Source of the DNA: Vicugna vicugna
Taxonomy: Eukaryota
Length of the DNA: 64,000 bases
Direction: 5' to 3'
NCBI GenBank assembly: GCA_013265495.1
Contig: MU058824.1
Coordinates: 3,127,111 to 3,191,110, forward strand
This document shows positions 24,600-38,726 of the stretch, piece by piece (the stretch's first letter is position 1; the number at the start of each line of letters is the position of its first letter). The notes under the pieces are model-generated. The model was given only the letters and a program-made list of their open reading frames with translations, had not been told where the DNA came from and made no database searches. Both the position numbers and the translations under genes were made by a program.

Positions 24600-24899
24600 T
24601 AAAGACAAAGGTAACAAATACATAAGACTCAACACTTCCAATTATTTCACTTTAGTTTACTGTCATCTACTCTCTTGAGGTTGCTTGCGCCTATGTTATC
24701 CATCTGGAGGAAACGCCCACATGGCGGAGTGCCGCTCCCCTCACCTCCACGTTCAGGGACAGCACGTCCGTAGCTTGAAGTTAGCCATGGTGGGAGTGTT
24801 TATACCATGGAAGTAGGCAACTGCTTTAAATTAGGGTTCTGGTTTGTTTTGCTTTTTCCCTGCAGAGACAGTTGTTAGGTATTTTTCAGTAAACCATTG
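24600..24899 (-). mobile_element. MER63-like hAT DNA transposon relic
   Basis: Reverse complement reads caatggtttactg...aacaactgtctct...aacactcccaccatggctaacttcaagctac, as in MER63. Confidence 0.65.
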
Positions 24900-25464
24900 G
24901 GACAGCACTGCATCAGTAGTGCTGAAGCAAAAGCCTGGTAGAACTGGGGAGATGGCCTGGTAAAACATTCCCCTCATCCGGCCTCCTGCTTCATTCCTTA
25001 CATCATATGATTCTGAGTCCCTTCTACCTCCATGTACCTCTTTCTTCTAAACATGTAAGGTTGACAAGTTTTATCATAATTCAAGAGAATGCAAAAGAGT
25101 ACATAGGTATGGGATGAGAAGCTAGGTCATCTGGACTTTCTGAACAAATATGTGGCATCTCATTTTCCTGGCAAAGAAAGATAAAATACAGTGGATCTTA
25201 GAGATGATTTTAGGAAATACTACAGGGAATCAGAGATCTTGAATACATGCCTTTGCTTTAGGGGACTCTCAGGTACAAAGAAACTTATCTATTTAGGATT
25301 TTGGAAAGGTCAACTGTTTACCAGGAAATAGATGGAGAAAAGGCTCTCATCCACCTGAGTGGAAGCCTCAGCTCCACTCAATGCACCACGTCCTTTTGGA
25401 CTGCCCCGACCTACAGGGCAGTGATGTGAGCCTGTCCCTACTGGGGCATGTCCCGGTGCCTCAC

Positions 25465-25612
25465 CTTCTTCAGCAGATACCCGGTGCACCTGTTGTTTGT
25501 TTCCCGGCCAGAGGAAAATGGAGGTAACTGGGTCGACAAACAGCCTGTAGTACCCAGAAATCAGGCAGGCTAGGTCTTTTGCACTGTTGGATTCCAGCAG
25601 CAAAGTCAGAAC
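25465..25612 (-). CDS. FRMPD1: FRMPD1 exon 14 (end of FERM)
   Basis: VLTLLLESNSAKDLACLISGYYRLFVDPVTSIFLWPGNKQQVHRVSAEE; 148 nt. Confidence 0.96.
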
Positions 25613-26424
25613 CTTTGAAGATAAAGAGAGCTCTTATGATTATAAAGGGCTAAGAGATAGTCTGAAGACTGGCAGCAAGGCCATGTGAGGCCAATAAAAG
25701 TTTCCAGGAAAATCCAGTAATGGTCCACAGGCAAGCCCCCTGGTGTCTCATATTCTCACTTACAAGACTTGAAATGAGTGAGCACGTGTGGACACACACA
25801 CAACTATACATGTATGCACACGTACTCACACATGCACGGTGGGTTCCTCCCGTCAAATCTCCACAGGGTCTTCTGACCCTCTTCCCTCAACCTCAGCCCC
25901 CTATCCCAACCACCCAACCCTGCTCATTCATACAACAGGGCCCCTCCAAGATCTGACCTAGAAGAGGGAAAGGAGCAGGAGTCAGTGGAGAAGGAGGGAG
26001 TCGGGGATAAGAAGAAGGAAGCACCATCCCTGAGCATGTTGGGATTAAATCGAAGAAAGCCAGGACAAATGGAGACATTCCAGAGAGGCTCAGTAAGTAC
26101 CCTTCATCATTTACCCATTTTCATTGCTGCCACTCAAAATCTTGGGCAGCCAGTCTGGTCCCATGCATGTGACAAACCCTCTGGTGCTTTCATCTAAGCT
26201 TCTGAACCCATCAGGAAAGTACATAGCTCAGCTCACCTTTTCCTAGGACCTGCCTAGGAAAATGCATCCTGCTCATCATTTTCCCTTTGATGGGACAGGA
26301 TGGATGATTCAGTCTCTTAAGCAATGTTGGCCTTGTTAATGTCTAAACTCATATAAACTACCCTAGAATAATTTAGCCCCAGATTCCAGAAGCTGGATTC
26401 AAAAATCTCTTCCCTGTGTGTTAC

Positions 26425-26607
26425 CTTGATGTCCTGAAGATACACTTTGACCACGCTCACTTTCTCAGACTCTTCCATCAGTTCTATACGGCTGATGCTT
26501 GCAAACTCTGCCAACGTGGACATGATGTTGAGTTTGCTATTGATAATTTGGCTAATGCCATACTTGGCTCCAACCAGAAGGGCAATACAGGATTCTCTAT
26601 CCTGTAA
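26425..26607 (-). CDS. FRMPD1: FRMPD1 exon 13 (FERM)
   Basis: LQDRESCIALLVGAKYGISQIINSKLNIMSTLAEFASISRIELMEESEKVSVVKVYLQDIK; 183 nt. Confidence 0.96.
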
Positions 26608-28349
26608 CTGCAGAAGAGTGAATGGGGAGTTAGTTTCCATTCATGAGCTCATGAAAATACATTGCACATGTGATGTGATACTCTCTCTGCAAACTCCTTG
26701 ATTCCTACTTCAGGTCCTCACCACCACTCCCCTAGACTATCAAGTTAGGCAACAACCTAAGCTGGGCCTCATCTACAGAGAAATTAAGTATAAATGCATC
26801 TCCCATAAGACCCTTCACAATAGAGAATCAACCCACAGGACTGTTAACCTATTCCGTAAACACAACCTGTACTTTCACAACTATGTGCCTGTGCTCCTGC
26901 TATGCCCTCCTTTTGGAATCCCTTGCCTGCCAACATTACCTACTGAAACACCGAACCTTCTTTAAAAGCTTCCATCAAAACCTACTGCCTACAGAAAACA
27001 TCTGCCTGATCTGTCTCCTCAAACCAGAAGAGTCCTTTTCCTCTGCGTTGTTCCCACACCACTTCGTCTGTACTTCTCTGATAGCACTGAACTAGGGCTT
27101 TTATCATTTGTATTCCAGTCTCATGTTCCACGTGAAGGTCCCTGACAACAGGGTCTGCATGTACCTACATGTGTAACCCCCAGTGCCCAGCAAGCACCCT
27201 GAGCCAGTTCACTGTGGCTGGTTTCTTCTTCCATTACCAGTTCTTTCCTTAGGGAGGAAAGGTAAAGAGGGGCTGGGGGTGAGAACTAGACAGTTGGCAG
27301 AGGGCAGGTTTAACCCTTGAGAAAAGTGGGATGTTTTTCTTGTACCGTCAAGTTTTCCTTTCCATGATCGAGTCTCTTTTTCACCCTTTAGTCATCTACT
27401 TGTACAAAGACTCAATGTATTTCTCCTTCCCCTAACTATGTGATGCTCTTCCTTTCTCTCGAAACATTGATTCTCTTTTTCCATGTACATTGGTAGGTTT
27501 GCAGTCTTATGAAATTGACCCACTGCTGTAAACGACTGAGCAGCACACCAAATCCACTGAAAGGAGCGTTGCTATTATTTTTTTTTAAAAAAAGTCTCTA
27601 ACTGCTAAATTGTCTGGCTTTGTGCTGGAGAGCTCTGGGGCTGACTGAGGGGTCTGAGAGCTCCCTTAAGCCACACCCCCAATCACTGACTGCTGCAAAG
27701 CACAATGCTCTAGGCCCAGGCTCCAAAAAGCAAGCCAGAGGAGGAATGGGTAACAGAGCAGAGGGCTCTTTTTTTCTCTTTTCCCTTCTTAAGCCCACCC
27801 CTCACTTCCTCCTTTCTAAACAATCAGGGCCTGGCAGTTAGTCTAACATTCTTCTCTTTCCTTCATGATTTCCAGTTTCTCCTCTTCACCTTCATAACAC
27901 CCAAAGCTCCAGGGTAAACTGCTTATGGTGTGCTGCCCTCAGAATGCCTTTCCTTTGGACTGAAATCTGGCCAAATTCAACCTTCTCACCTTCCCTTCAT
28001 CCCTTCTCCTTCCACACTCAATCTGAAGCCAGCAGTGGTGGCCTTCAAACCCCCCAGCAATGGCCCTGTGCCTCTCGTGGCTTTGCTCTGTCTTGCTGGG
28101 TGCCCTGTTTCAGTATCTGAGGGTGGGAGTCATGTCTTATTCAGCTCTGCCTCCCCTAGTATCCGTTAGAGGGCTGGCACCAAGGAACAGCATGATGGAC
28201 ACTCCCCGATGGCATAATATTTATTTTCCCAAACAAGTTCTAGTACATGACAGAATCATCAGGGATTCTAGGCTAAACGATATACTGATCTTCAGAGGAC
28301 CTCTAGCGTCCCTTATAAGAGCAGGACCCGATAGTTCTTTACTACATAC

Positions 28350-28445
28350 CATTAAAGTAGCATTAAAGATTTTCCCACCATACGTCTTGAGTTCTCCAAG
28401 GATCTGTAGATAATTTAAACGTAGCTGGGCAGCAGAAATAAGTTG
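28350..28445 (-). CDS. FRMPD1: FRMPD1 exon 12 (FERM)
   Basis: QLISAAQLRLNYLQILGELKTYGGKIFNATLM; 96 nt; separated from exon 11 by a 146-nt intron. Confidence 0.95.
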
Positions 28446-28591
28446 CTTAAATTAGGGAGAAAGAAAAAAAGAAAAAGACCGTTGAAGTCAGAGTTATTCA
28501 TTTGCCTAAAATGCAGGCAGTGTTGAAAATTCTTTCCCTGAGGTTTTACAACAAACAGCTACGTGGTCAGCAGGGGCCATGGTTACATTAC

Positions 28592-28718
28592 CTTCTGTCG
28601 GGGTTCCAGCAAATTCTGGTTCCTCTTCATGTGGAAGCTAATGGCTTTCTTGATGTCTTTTCCTTTCATGTTCCGTAGTAAAGTTGGAGATATAAAGTTC
28701 TCTATTCCCCAGTCCTTC
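28592..28718 (-). CDS. FRMPD1: FRMPD1 exon 11 (FERM)
   Basis: KDWGIENFISPTLLRNMKGKDIKKAISFHMKRNQNLLEPRQK; 127 nt. Confidence 0.95.
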
Positions 28719-28924
28719 CTGCCATGAGATATTGGAGACAAGGAGTCCCATTTTTACAGTGCACTTGACTCTAATGAAGGACATAATTACACTTGACTCA
28801 GTACTTAGTGTTCTGAGAATACTGCAATTATGACCCTCTTTCTCAACAGGAAAAAATACACACACAGCTGGTTTTGTGGAGCATGTGTAAATATATTTAT
28901 GGTGTGCATTAGTATAAAATACAA

Positions 28925-28950
28925 ACACACACACACACACACACACACAC
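28925..28950. repeat. (AC)13 microsatellite
   Basis: Read directly. Confidence 0.95.
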
Positions 28951-29758
28951 TGTCTCTCTCCACAAAAACCAGCCATTCAGGAATTAAACCCCATGATCAT
29001 TCTAGAAGCTCCCTATTCATCACACATGGACAGCCCACTCACATGGGGCAACGCACAGACAGCACCTGTCAGTTCCTGAGGCCATGCTTCAGGATGGTGC
29101 CAGCCTAACAGCCTCAAAGTCTCTCAACAAACTAGTTAAAAGCACAGAGTCTCAGATCCTACTCCCAAGAGATCTGACCCAGTATATCAGGGGTAAGGCC
29201 AAGGATCTTTTTATTTTTTAAAAATATAATTCCTCATCTGGTTTTGATGCCCAGGCAAAACAGAGCTGAGATTTGGTGAGCAGGTGAGCAAATCTGGATG
29301 ATACTGCCCAGAGCAAAGTGAAATTTTAAGCTAAGAGTCAGGAGGTGTCTGAATCCCAGGACTTGAAACTACTCTAATAGGAATGTGATGCAGCACAATT
29401 TTGTTCACATCAAATTCATTTCTGAGGCATTCCCACCCTCAGAAGAGCTTTATGCTAAAGCTGTCGACTGATCTTCCGAGACATCCTCCCAGGAACTGGG
29501 AATTTACAAAGGGATCCGGTGTCATTCCATCTGGAATTGGCTTCTGCCCCAGAGGGCGCAGCTAGGTTCTGACATCTGGGGAAGCCAGGCTGGGACGGAG
29601 ACGGTGGGGAGGGACGTGAAGGGAGAGACAAGGGACAGATGGGCAGGTAGGTGAATATCAGCTTTCTGTGGAATCTGGCCCTTCTGGCCCAGGGTCAGTC
29701 AAGTTATAAATGCGACGCAGCTGCTGCTGGTGGGACACAGACGTCCCCTGCCACTCAC

Positions 29759-29895
29759 TCTATGTACTTCAGAGAGATCTTCTGCGGCTGGGCACATGCG
29801 TAGATCCGCTCCTGGATGTGCAGGGCTGCGAGCCGGAGCGCAGAGCTGCATTTCATTTCTACAGCAAAGCGCTCCTGGAGCACGTCGCTGCAGCT
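29759..29895 (-). CDS. FRMPD1: FRMPD1 exon 10 (FERM)
   Basis: SCSDVLQERFAVEMKCSSALRLAALHIQERIYACAQPQKISLKYI; gtgagt donor; 137 nt. Confidence 0.96.
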
Positions 29896-30620
29896 CTGAA
29901 AGAGATTGGATGAGAGGAACTGGGAAACAAGAACGGGTGGATTGTGTTCCTAGTTCTCTCAGGCAAAAGGCAGCAAGACCAGGAGCTCAGCTTTGAGACC
30001 TGGCTCTGCCACTTCTTGCTTGTGTGATTTTGGGTCCTTTTTACTAAGACTCTCTGAAAACTGGTACTTCCCCTCGCTAAATGAGGAAAGACAAGACTAC
30101 CTGACGTGATTTCTGTGAGGTTTAAATGAGAGGATGCGTTTGAAAGCAGTACAGAGACACGCTGTTACACAAAAATAAACCACTGCTGCTGTTAGACTTG
30201 TTATTTGCTGCTACCATTTTTGTAAGACTTTGGGCTGGGCTAGTCAATATACCTAGTTGGAGTGATCTCATCTGTAAAATGGTGATGTCTCCCAAATGAT
30301 TTTTTTATCAGAATAAAAATGACATAATAAGCCTCACCCAAGGAGGTAAAGTCACGGGAGCACCAGGCTAGGAGGTTAAGGAATCTATTTTTGGCTCCCC
30401 CACCAAAAGTGTGACCCAGGCAAATTATGTGACCTTTCCAAGACTCAGTATCATCATTTCTGAAACAAGGCTTTGAAGCACTAATGTCCTTTTTAGCAAC
30501 AAACACTGTAACTCTAAAGATCCTAAATGGCATTAGAAAATGTATCACCTACATCGAGGACTAAGCCTAAATTTCATTACTACATTGCAAATCTCCTAAC
30601 ACAGCAACTCAGTGACATTA

Positions 30621-30998
<378 letters not shown>

Positions 30999-32066
30999 TT
31001 ATTGTAACATATTTAAAAAAGACAATGAAAGACAAGCCCCGGAGATTTCAGTTTTAGTGCTTCCCAAGACAGCACAGACCTTTGCCCCTAACTTGCCTTT
31101 CCCATGGGTATAAGATGTAAAATGCTCAAAAGAGCAACTTTCCCACTGATCCCATCAACCTGTTCCCCCTTCCAGAAGAAATCTCTGCATCTGGTTTCTC
31201 ATTTGCCTTTCCAGAGACAGTCTATCTATATCCATGATCCTATAAATCTACATTCTTTTCTTTTCCACAAATAATAGTGTAGTATATATTATACATCTAT
31301 ATATATTCTGCACCTTACTTTTTCTTTTACTTCAACTATCTTAGCGATTTAATTTGATTTCTTTTTCCAATGCTAATAGAGTAGAAGTGATAAACAAAAA
31401 AAAAAGTTTGCAAGCAGCAGTACTAGAAGGTGAGTGACCTGGGTAAGAATTCATCTGTAACGAGGAAGGCTGAGAGCAGCTTCCACAACCTCATGCGTTG
31501 CTCATGCTGTTCCTCTTAAAAGCCCCTTCTCCTTTTCCAGTTGTTGAAATCCTGCTCATCTTTGTAATAGTACACACTCATCAAGGATTTCTTGAACTGA
31601 CCTGTGTTTGGCTTTAAAAAGCTGGTACAACAAATCACTGAATGGAGGGAAGACTGAGTGGTACAGACGGACTGACTGTTAGCCCTGTCCTGTTGCCAGG
31701 GACCAGATCGGGGCAAGTCTCACAAAAAGGCCTTAGGCGCAGCAACAGATGCTTTCCTGACATCTCAGAGGCAGCAGTTTCAGGGGAAGATCACCAGGGC
31801 TGGAAGCAAAAGTTGGGGTGCTATGGGCTGTGTTACCTTGAGGAAGCTCCTTACCCTCTAAGCCTCCGTCTCCTTGTCTGCAAAATGGGGGCCTGCCTAC
31901 CTGCCTACCTCATACAAAAACCAGGCTGTGTGAGCTGTGCGCCTTCTGGCCATGAACAACTGCATCCAACCTGCAGATGCACCGAGCCCTACCCCCAAAA
32001 GTTCCAGCTGAGGTGTGCAGTCTGCCCAGCCCAGATCTCCTCACCAGGAGCAGAAGCAGGTGATAC

Positions 32067-32192
32067 CTGCTGGATGAGTTCCTCCTCGTGCAGCAGGTGC
32101 AGCCGTGAGATGCTGTACTGCTCCTCCAGGACCAGTGCAAAGTACTCCATGCTTCGGATGGACAGCTTCTCCTTCACTGTGAGGATGATGTC
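32067..32192 (-). CDS. FRMPD1: FRMPD1 exon 8 (FERM)
   Basis: DIILTVKEKLSIRSMEYFALVLEEQYSISRLHLLHEEELIQQ; 126 nt. Confidence 0.96.
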
Positions 32193-33707
32193 CTGCGGCC
32201 ACAGAGAGGTACAAGGGTCACCGAGGAGCAGGCCAGCCCTCACGTTCAGGCACAGAGCAGGGAGGACTTCCCTGCCTTTCACTCTGTTCCTAAGTGCCGC
32301 CAGGGAGAGAAAGGCCTGTGCTGACTGGGTCAACTGCCAACTCAGGCAGCCGGATCTTGATGGGCCACGTGTGAGACTTCTCATCACCCCGCACGGCCCT
32401 ACACCCACTGCTGCCCCCTCCTCAGGGTTCCAGCGCCATCCATACGGACACCCTCTCTTGCTTTACTTGGAAGGTGGAAGCCACCCCTTGGGGCCTAATG
32501 CCTCTCTTCAAGGTCTCCAGATTCATCCTTTCTTTGGAGTCTGCATCATCAACTGCTTACCAGACAGAATCCCGCCACCTACCCTCTATGCACCTGTGGG
32601 AAATCAACCTGACGTTTCTGAACCTCAGTTCCTCCCTGAAAAATGAGAGGATAATGATGCTTATTTAGAGGGGCTGATAGGATGAAATGACAATTAAAAC
32701 TGTGCCATTGGAGTTGCCATGCCACATTCTTCTTATTCACTACAGTGGCCCTTTGTCATCACAAGGTCTCTGCTGCCTTGGTGCATTTGCACATGCTATC
32801 CCCTCTGCCTGGCACACTTTTCCCGTTCTCTTCAAAAGGCTGTTTCTTTCTCTTCAGAGAGGCCTTCTCTGGTCACTGAATCTACATGTGATTGCCCCTG
32901 TTATTCCCTCTCCCAGGGTCCTGCTGATTTCTTTCATCACTATTGGATATGATCTTCTTTCATGGCTGCTATGTCTGTTAGTAAGAGACAGTACAGTTAA
33001 GTTAAGTGAGGGGGTTCTAGACCCAAACTACTACTCATTAGCTGTGTGTCTCTGGGTAAATAAAGTGCTTACTCTCTCTGTGCCTCAGTATTTTCATCTG
33101 TAAAATGGTCATAATATCCACACCTCTCTCAAGGGTTGTTATGTGCATTAAATTAATTTCCCCATATACAGAATTTAGAATAGCATCTGGCAGGTGGCAA
33201 GTGTTCAATACATGCCAGCTGCTATCTGTTTTCTTGCTTATTGTCATTTATGCCACTAGATGCTAAACTCGCCCAGAATGTGAACTTTGTTTGTCTTGTG
33301 TTCCATTATATCCCCAAAGCTTGGCACTCAGTGATGCTCAATAAATTTCACTCGATGAATAAATAACCATCATAGACTCATCATAGATGTCCTGCCAGAA
33401 CCTCAGATTTAGTAAGTGCCAAACCATCAGGTGCTACCTGCTCCCCATGACTCCCAATTCTGAATCCTCTTTCCACTCGCTCCATCACCCTCCATAACTA
33501 ACTACTAAGTCCCGAAAAGTCTATCTGCTTCTGTAACTCAGCAACATTAATGCAATGCCTACTGTGTGCTGGCCATGACAGAGAGCCCCTCTCCAGACTC
33601 TGTCCCCTCTCTCCATTTGGCCTGAGCTCAACATTTCTCCTGGCTTTGTTGAGTGGTGCCCTAAGGACCCCCCTGTGACCCAGCTGACCTCCACCTCATA
33701 TCTAGAG

Positions 33708-33909
33708 CAGGGGCTGGCAAACCATAGCCTGTGGGCCAAATCTGGCCCACTGCTTGTTTTTGTAATTAAAGTTACATGGGAACATGGCTGCACCCATTCT
33801 CTACAGCAGCAGACTTGAGCATCCGGGACGGAAGCCCCATTGCATGAAAAAAAAAACCCCTAAAATATTCACTATCTGGCTCTTTACAGAAAAAGTTCAC
33901 TGAACCCTG
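33708..33909 (+). mobile_element. MER58A-like hAT-Charlie MITE
   Basis: caggggctggcaaac...gggccaaatctggccc...tttacagaaaaagtt...ccctg. Perfect 8-bp TSD atctagag at 33700-33707 and 33910-33917. Confidence 0.85.
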
Positions 33910-36349
33910 ATCTAGAGGAACTTGTCTAAGCCTTGTAGTGCTCATGCTCTCTCTTGTTCAAGAATATTCACTGACTCCCCAGAGCCTACTAGCCTAGGTC
34001 CAAATTCCTCAGCTTAACGTTCGAGGCTCTCAAGTATCAGGTGCCAACACATCTCTCCCACTTTACTGTCTGCTGCTTCTTCCAGTGCACCCTGCTCACA
34101 AGCCCCATACACTTGCCAAACTTTCCCATCACTGGTTCTTTGTTGATGTCATTCCCCAAGTCTGGGAAGCCATCTTCCCATATCACTCCTGGCCCATTCT
34201 TGTCAAAGGCCTGGCCATCTTTCCAAGTCAGCCATCTGGGGGCCTTTCCTTGCCACCCAGCTGGAAGCTCTCTCTCCCTGGAGCCCACACCACACCGTTT
34301 TCATGTCCTGCTTTCCTGGTTCTGAGCACACTGCACTGCCCATCGTTGCCTAGCGAGTTATCCCCAGGTCTCATCTCCTCACGCCAGTCCTGCCCCGAGA
34401 CTCTGGGATCCCTAAGAGAGTGACCCTGGGTAATTTATTTCTGTATCACCAATAGCTTTGCTGGCATACAAAAAGTGCCACTAAATATTCACTGGATCAA
34501 ATGAAATATTTTCCTTGATTTAGAGAAAGAGGGTTTTTTTTAATGTAAGAACTTTGCTTCTCTTGGTGAGGGAGTAGGGATGAGAAGTCACTGATGAACT
34601 GATGGTTTTTCCCTTTTGTTCCATAGGATTTGTTCTTATCTCCATCTCTTTCTCTGTCATAAGGAGCTAAAAGATTTGTTTTAAAAAATTTGGCTACTAC
34701 AGATAAGCAATATTAACCAGGATCATACCAGTGAAGTCCTTGCTCATTTCCCCAACTCCATCTGTCATTTTGGCTTTAATTCCCTTGCAGTGTGTGCTTT
34801 TATTACAAATCATCTCAAAGTTTCTTTAGCCACCAAAGGGGGACTCACTTTAATCAAATCATCCCTTCCATGGCAATGCACTTTGCTCAGATGACAGAAG
34901 TAGAAACTTTGTGTAATGCATTTGCAAAACTTCTATGCAGATGGCAGCCTGGCAAGTGCCAACGCAGGGTTCAGAAACAACAGACCAAGTTGGAAGCCAG
35001 TTATGAGCTAGCTGACCCAGACAAGTTTCGGATCTCTTAGGCCAGTGTTCTCATCTGAAAAGTGGGTTAACATTACTTCACAAGGTTACTGGGGAAATTA
35101 AATCAGATAGTAGGCAAGGAAGTGCCCAGGAGAGTGCCAGGCATGCACTGAACACTGAACAAATCTCTCCCTCCCCTTCCTCCTCTGGGCTTGGGCTTCC
35201 CAGGTTCGGAGAGACCTTCTCCAGCTTCTCAGTCATGCTGAGGTAAGAATGGGATAGGGAATTTGGGGCAGCCCTAGGAATTGCCAAAGGAAGGTGCCCG
35301 GGAACACTGGCCATTTGCACATGTGTGTGTGCATTGTGTGCATGTGTGCACGTGTGCGCACACGTGCATGTGCATATATGTGAATGAACGTGTGTGTGTC
35401 TTGGCTATTGTCAGTTACCTATGGCTGCACCTGCCTACATGAACCTGCTCTTCCCCAGTGTCAGAAGAGCTGGGCTCAGTGTTGACTCTTACACAAAGTT
35501 TAATGTTTGAACAACTCCTGTGTTTGCTTCTTCCCTGAAGCCTCCCTCTAAGACTATTTGCTACCTTGTTCAGAAACTATAGTGCCATCCCTTATTGTCT
35601 ATGGATAAAATCTGAACTCCCATTGCCTTTCCCCTTACTGGCTCTCTGCCTTAGTCCATGGGATTCTCTCAGACTGATGTGCACCCACCAACCCTCAACC
35701 GCCCTGTCCCCACCTGCCCTTGTTGAATTCTTAGTCACCCTCCAAAGCTCAGCTCAGGTCCCGCTTCTCCCAGAGCCTTCTCTTAGGTTCTGACAGGACG
35801 GAACAGATGGTGCTCTTTCCCTCGCATGCAAAGCACTTCCTTGTCCCTCTCTTTACAGCCCTTGCTTCATCCTGCCCTGGACTGTTCGGAGCTCCTTGAA
35901 TGTCCATCCTCCATCAACTAGACTGCAAACTCCTGGGAGACAGAGATCACTTTTTACCTCAGTCTGTACCACCTGTATCAGAGCATCTCCCAGGAGGAAC
36001 TCGATAAATGTAAGATGAACTGACTTTAACCTAGAACAGAATATGCAGGGGCCTGGACCTGCCCTGACACCTTGCCTGGTATTTAGTGGCTCTAGTCTTT
36101 TGGGTAGCAGGTGAAGTCACATACCAGAGGCAGGGAAGTCCAGTGGTTAAGGGTGAGGCTTATGAGTTATAGTATGACCTTGACTACTTCATCTCGCTGA
36201 GCCCTGACTTCCTCCCTTGCAAGATAATATTAAAAATACCATCTTGCTGTGTGTTGGTACTACTGAGGTAACAGAGTGATTGGCTTACTGCAGGTGCTTA
36301 GACCATGGTGTCTGTGAGACCACCAAGGCAGCTACAGGCAAGATGCCTA

Positions 36350-36523
<174 letters not shown>

Positions 36524-36644
36524 TTAAAACTGGCCATCTTGTCCCCAGGTATGACAGATCCACAGCTTCCCTGGCCCTTTCTGATGTGGAGAGCAGGATT
36601 CTCTCCAACATCCACATCAAGTCATAAGTTGCTTCTTGGGCAGA

Positions 36645-36728
36645 TTTTTTTAAATGGAGGTACTTTGGATTGAATCCAGACCTTGTGCATGCTAAGCATG
36701 TGCTCTACCACTGAGCTATACCCTCCCC
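36645..36728 (-). mobile_element. Vic-1-like SINE (short form)
   Basis: Same tRNA-Ala-like head with a short A tail. Confidence 0.85.
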
Positions 36729-38373
36729 TAACTCTATGATTCTTGACATTCAGAGAGTTCAGTGGATGAGGTCTATGCCACACAGATACAGGTGTGCTTT
36801 GTTCCAGGGAACTGCTAGACAGGAGAGATGATGGTGAAGAATGAGCCCCGCCATGAGCACATCGAAAGCACTGCACAAGCCTGAACAATGTAACGCAGCT
36901 GTCAGCTGACACTTCACAGTTGGCTGCCCACCTTATGGTATGCAATCTGGCAAGTCAGATGACAAGCATGCCATTGTCCCAAATGAGCCTTTCTGAGATT
37001 CTTGCACTGTGCCTTGTGGGGTTGGGTGGAATGAGAGGTAGGATGCTCCTTCAACATTGTACTGCTGCATTCTCTGTAGTGAAGCATCACCAAAGGGCAG
37101 AGGGCTGCTCTCCACCTCCACTCATCCCAACCATCACCCTGGATTTGCGGGATGGCCTAAGGGACTCTGCTACTCTTGGAGGGCTTTTGGGGAAGGAGGC
37201 ACAAGACTGGTCTGTGTTATGTGACGCACGGCCAGCCAGAATTTCATGGGGTGGAACAATTCCCTTTAGGTTTGGAGAATCCCCCCAAGGCCAGCTCTCA
37301 TAAAAAGTGACCTCTGACTGTTTAGTTGCAGATAAAGAAGGCCCTTGGGGCTGGCATCCTCCAGAACCTGTGAGAGCGTCTAGAGTTCCCAGGATTTGAG
37401 CTAGAACCACGTCCAGCTCTAATCTTTGCAAAGAGTTTGGGTATGGAGCCCACCTGGGTTAGAAGCGTGCCATCTTTTTTCAAAAACCAGATAGCCTTTT
37501 CAAATGAGAATTCTGTGCAGTTGTATCTTTTAAGCAAGATGCACATTCATCACTCTCTATAACTTTTTTTTTTAAAGCTACAGTACTTTTACAAAAGAGA
37601 AAGGAGTATGTTCACATGCCAGTGCCACCTCACACTCAGTCAGGGAGGAGGGATTTCAAACTGCTCCTCTGCTGTCATCTCACTTCTCTGGTTTCAGGTA
37701 TTTAGAAATCTTCATCTTTGGACTTCCCAAGTGCAAAATGTTTTCCTTGGGACTTTATTATTCATGATTTACAAAATAATACATCCCTAACAACATTATA
37801 TAACTAATGCCATATACTCCCAATTTTTATTTCTACCTGGAAATAATTTTTAGAAAGTTGTTTTCATAAAACATGTACAATTCTATATGCATTTTTACTC
37901 AACACATAGACACTTCTTCATGTGGCTTTAACATTTATAATTTTAAGGGACTTATAAATATTGTATTGAGTTGAAATATTAGAATTTATTTAACCATTCC
38001 CCTGCGCTAGGTATTTAACATTTTTTCAAATTTTTTGCAATTTATATATTGGTATTAGAGATATCTTTAAACACACAGATTTTTGCATTGAAATTATTTT
38101 ATAGGCTAAATTAGTAAGAATGTGATTCTTGGACACTTTTATGGCATTCATTAAGTTTTGTTTTTTTCCTACTCCCGAAGATTAAATCAACTGACAAAGC
38201 CACCAAGCCACCAATTAGTACGAGTGTAGCTACTTTCTCAATTTCAGCGCTTACATTTTTCTTTATTTGTGCTCATTTACTAAGTATAAAGTAGCACTTC
38301 TTAATATTTTCCTTTGCATTTCTTTAATGGTTAACAAGGTTAAGCATGTTTCAATTGTTGGTTTCCTTAAGTT

Positions 38374-38726
38374 AGACAAAGACAAATACTGTATGATGTC
38401 ACTTATAGATGAAATCTAAAAAAATGAGACAAATTTGTGAATATAATAAGATAGAAACAGACTCACAGTTACAGAGAATGGACTAGTGGTTACCAGTGGG
38501 TAAAGGGAGGAGGGGAGGAACAAAATTTGGGTAGAGGATTAGGAGGTACAAATTACGATGAATAAAATAGATAAGCTACAAGGATATATTGTACAGCACA
38601 GAGAATATAGCCAAAATTTTTAAATAACTATAAACGGAGTGCACAACTTTTAAAAATTGTGAATCACTATGTTGTACCCCTGAAACTTATGTAATATTAT
38701 ATATCAACTCTACCTCAGAAAAAAAA
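38374..38726 (+). mobile_element. L1 3' end (cetartiodactyl/L1MA9-like)
   Basis: gacaaatactgtatgatgtcacttata...gaaacagactcacag...gtggttaccag...gaatcactatgttgtacccctgaaact...aactctacctc plus A tail. Confidence 0.85.
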
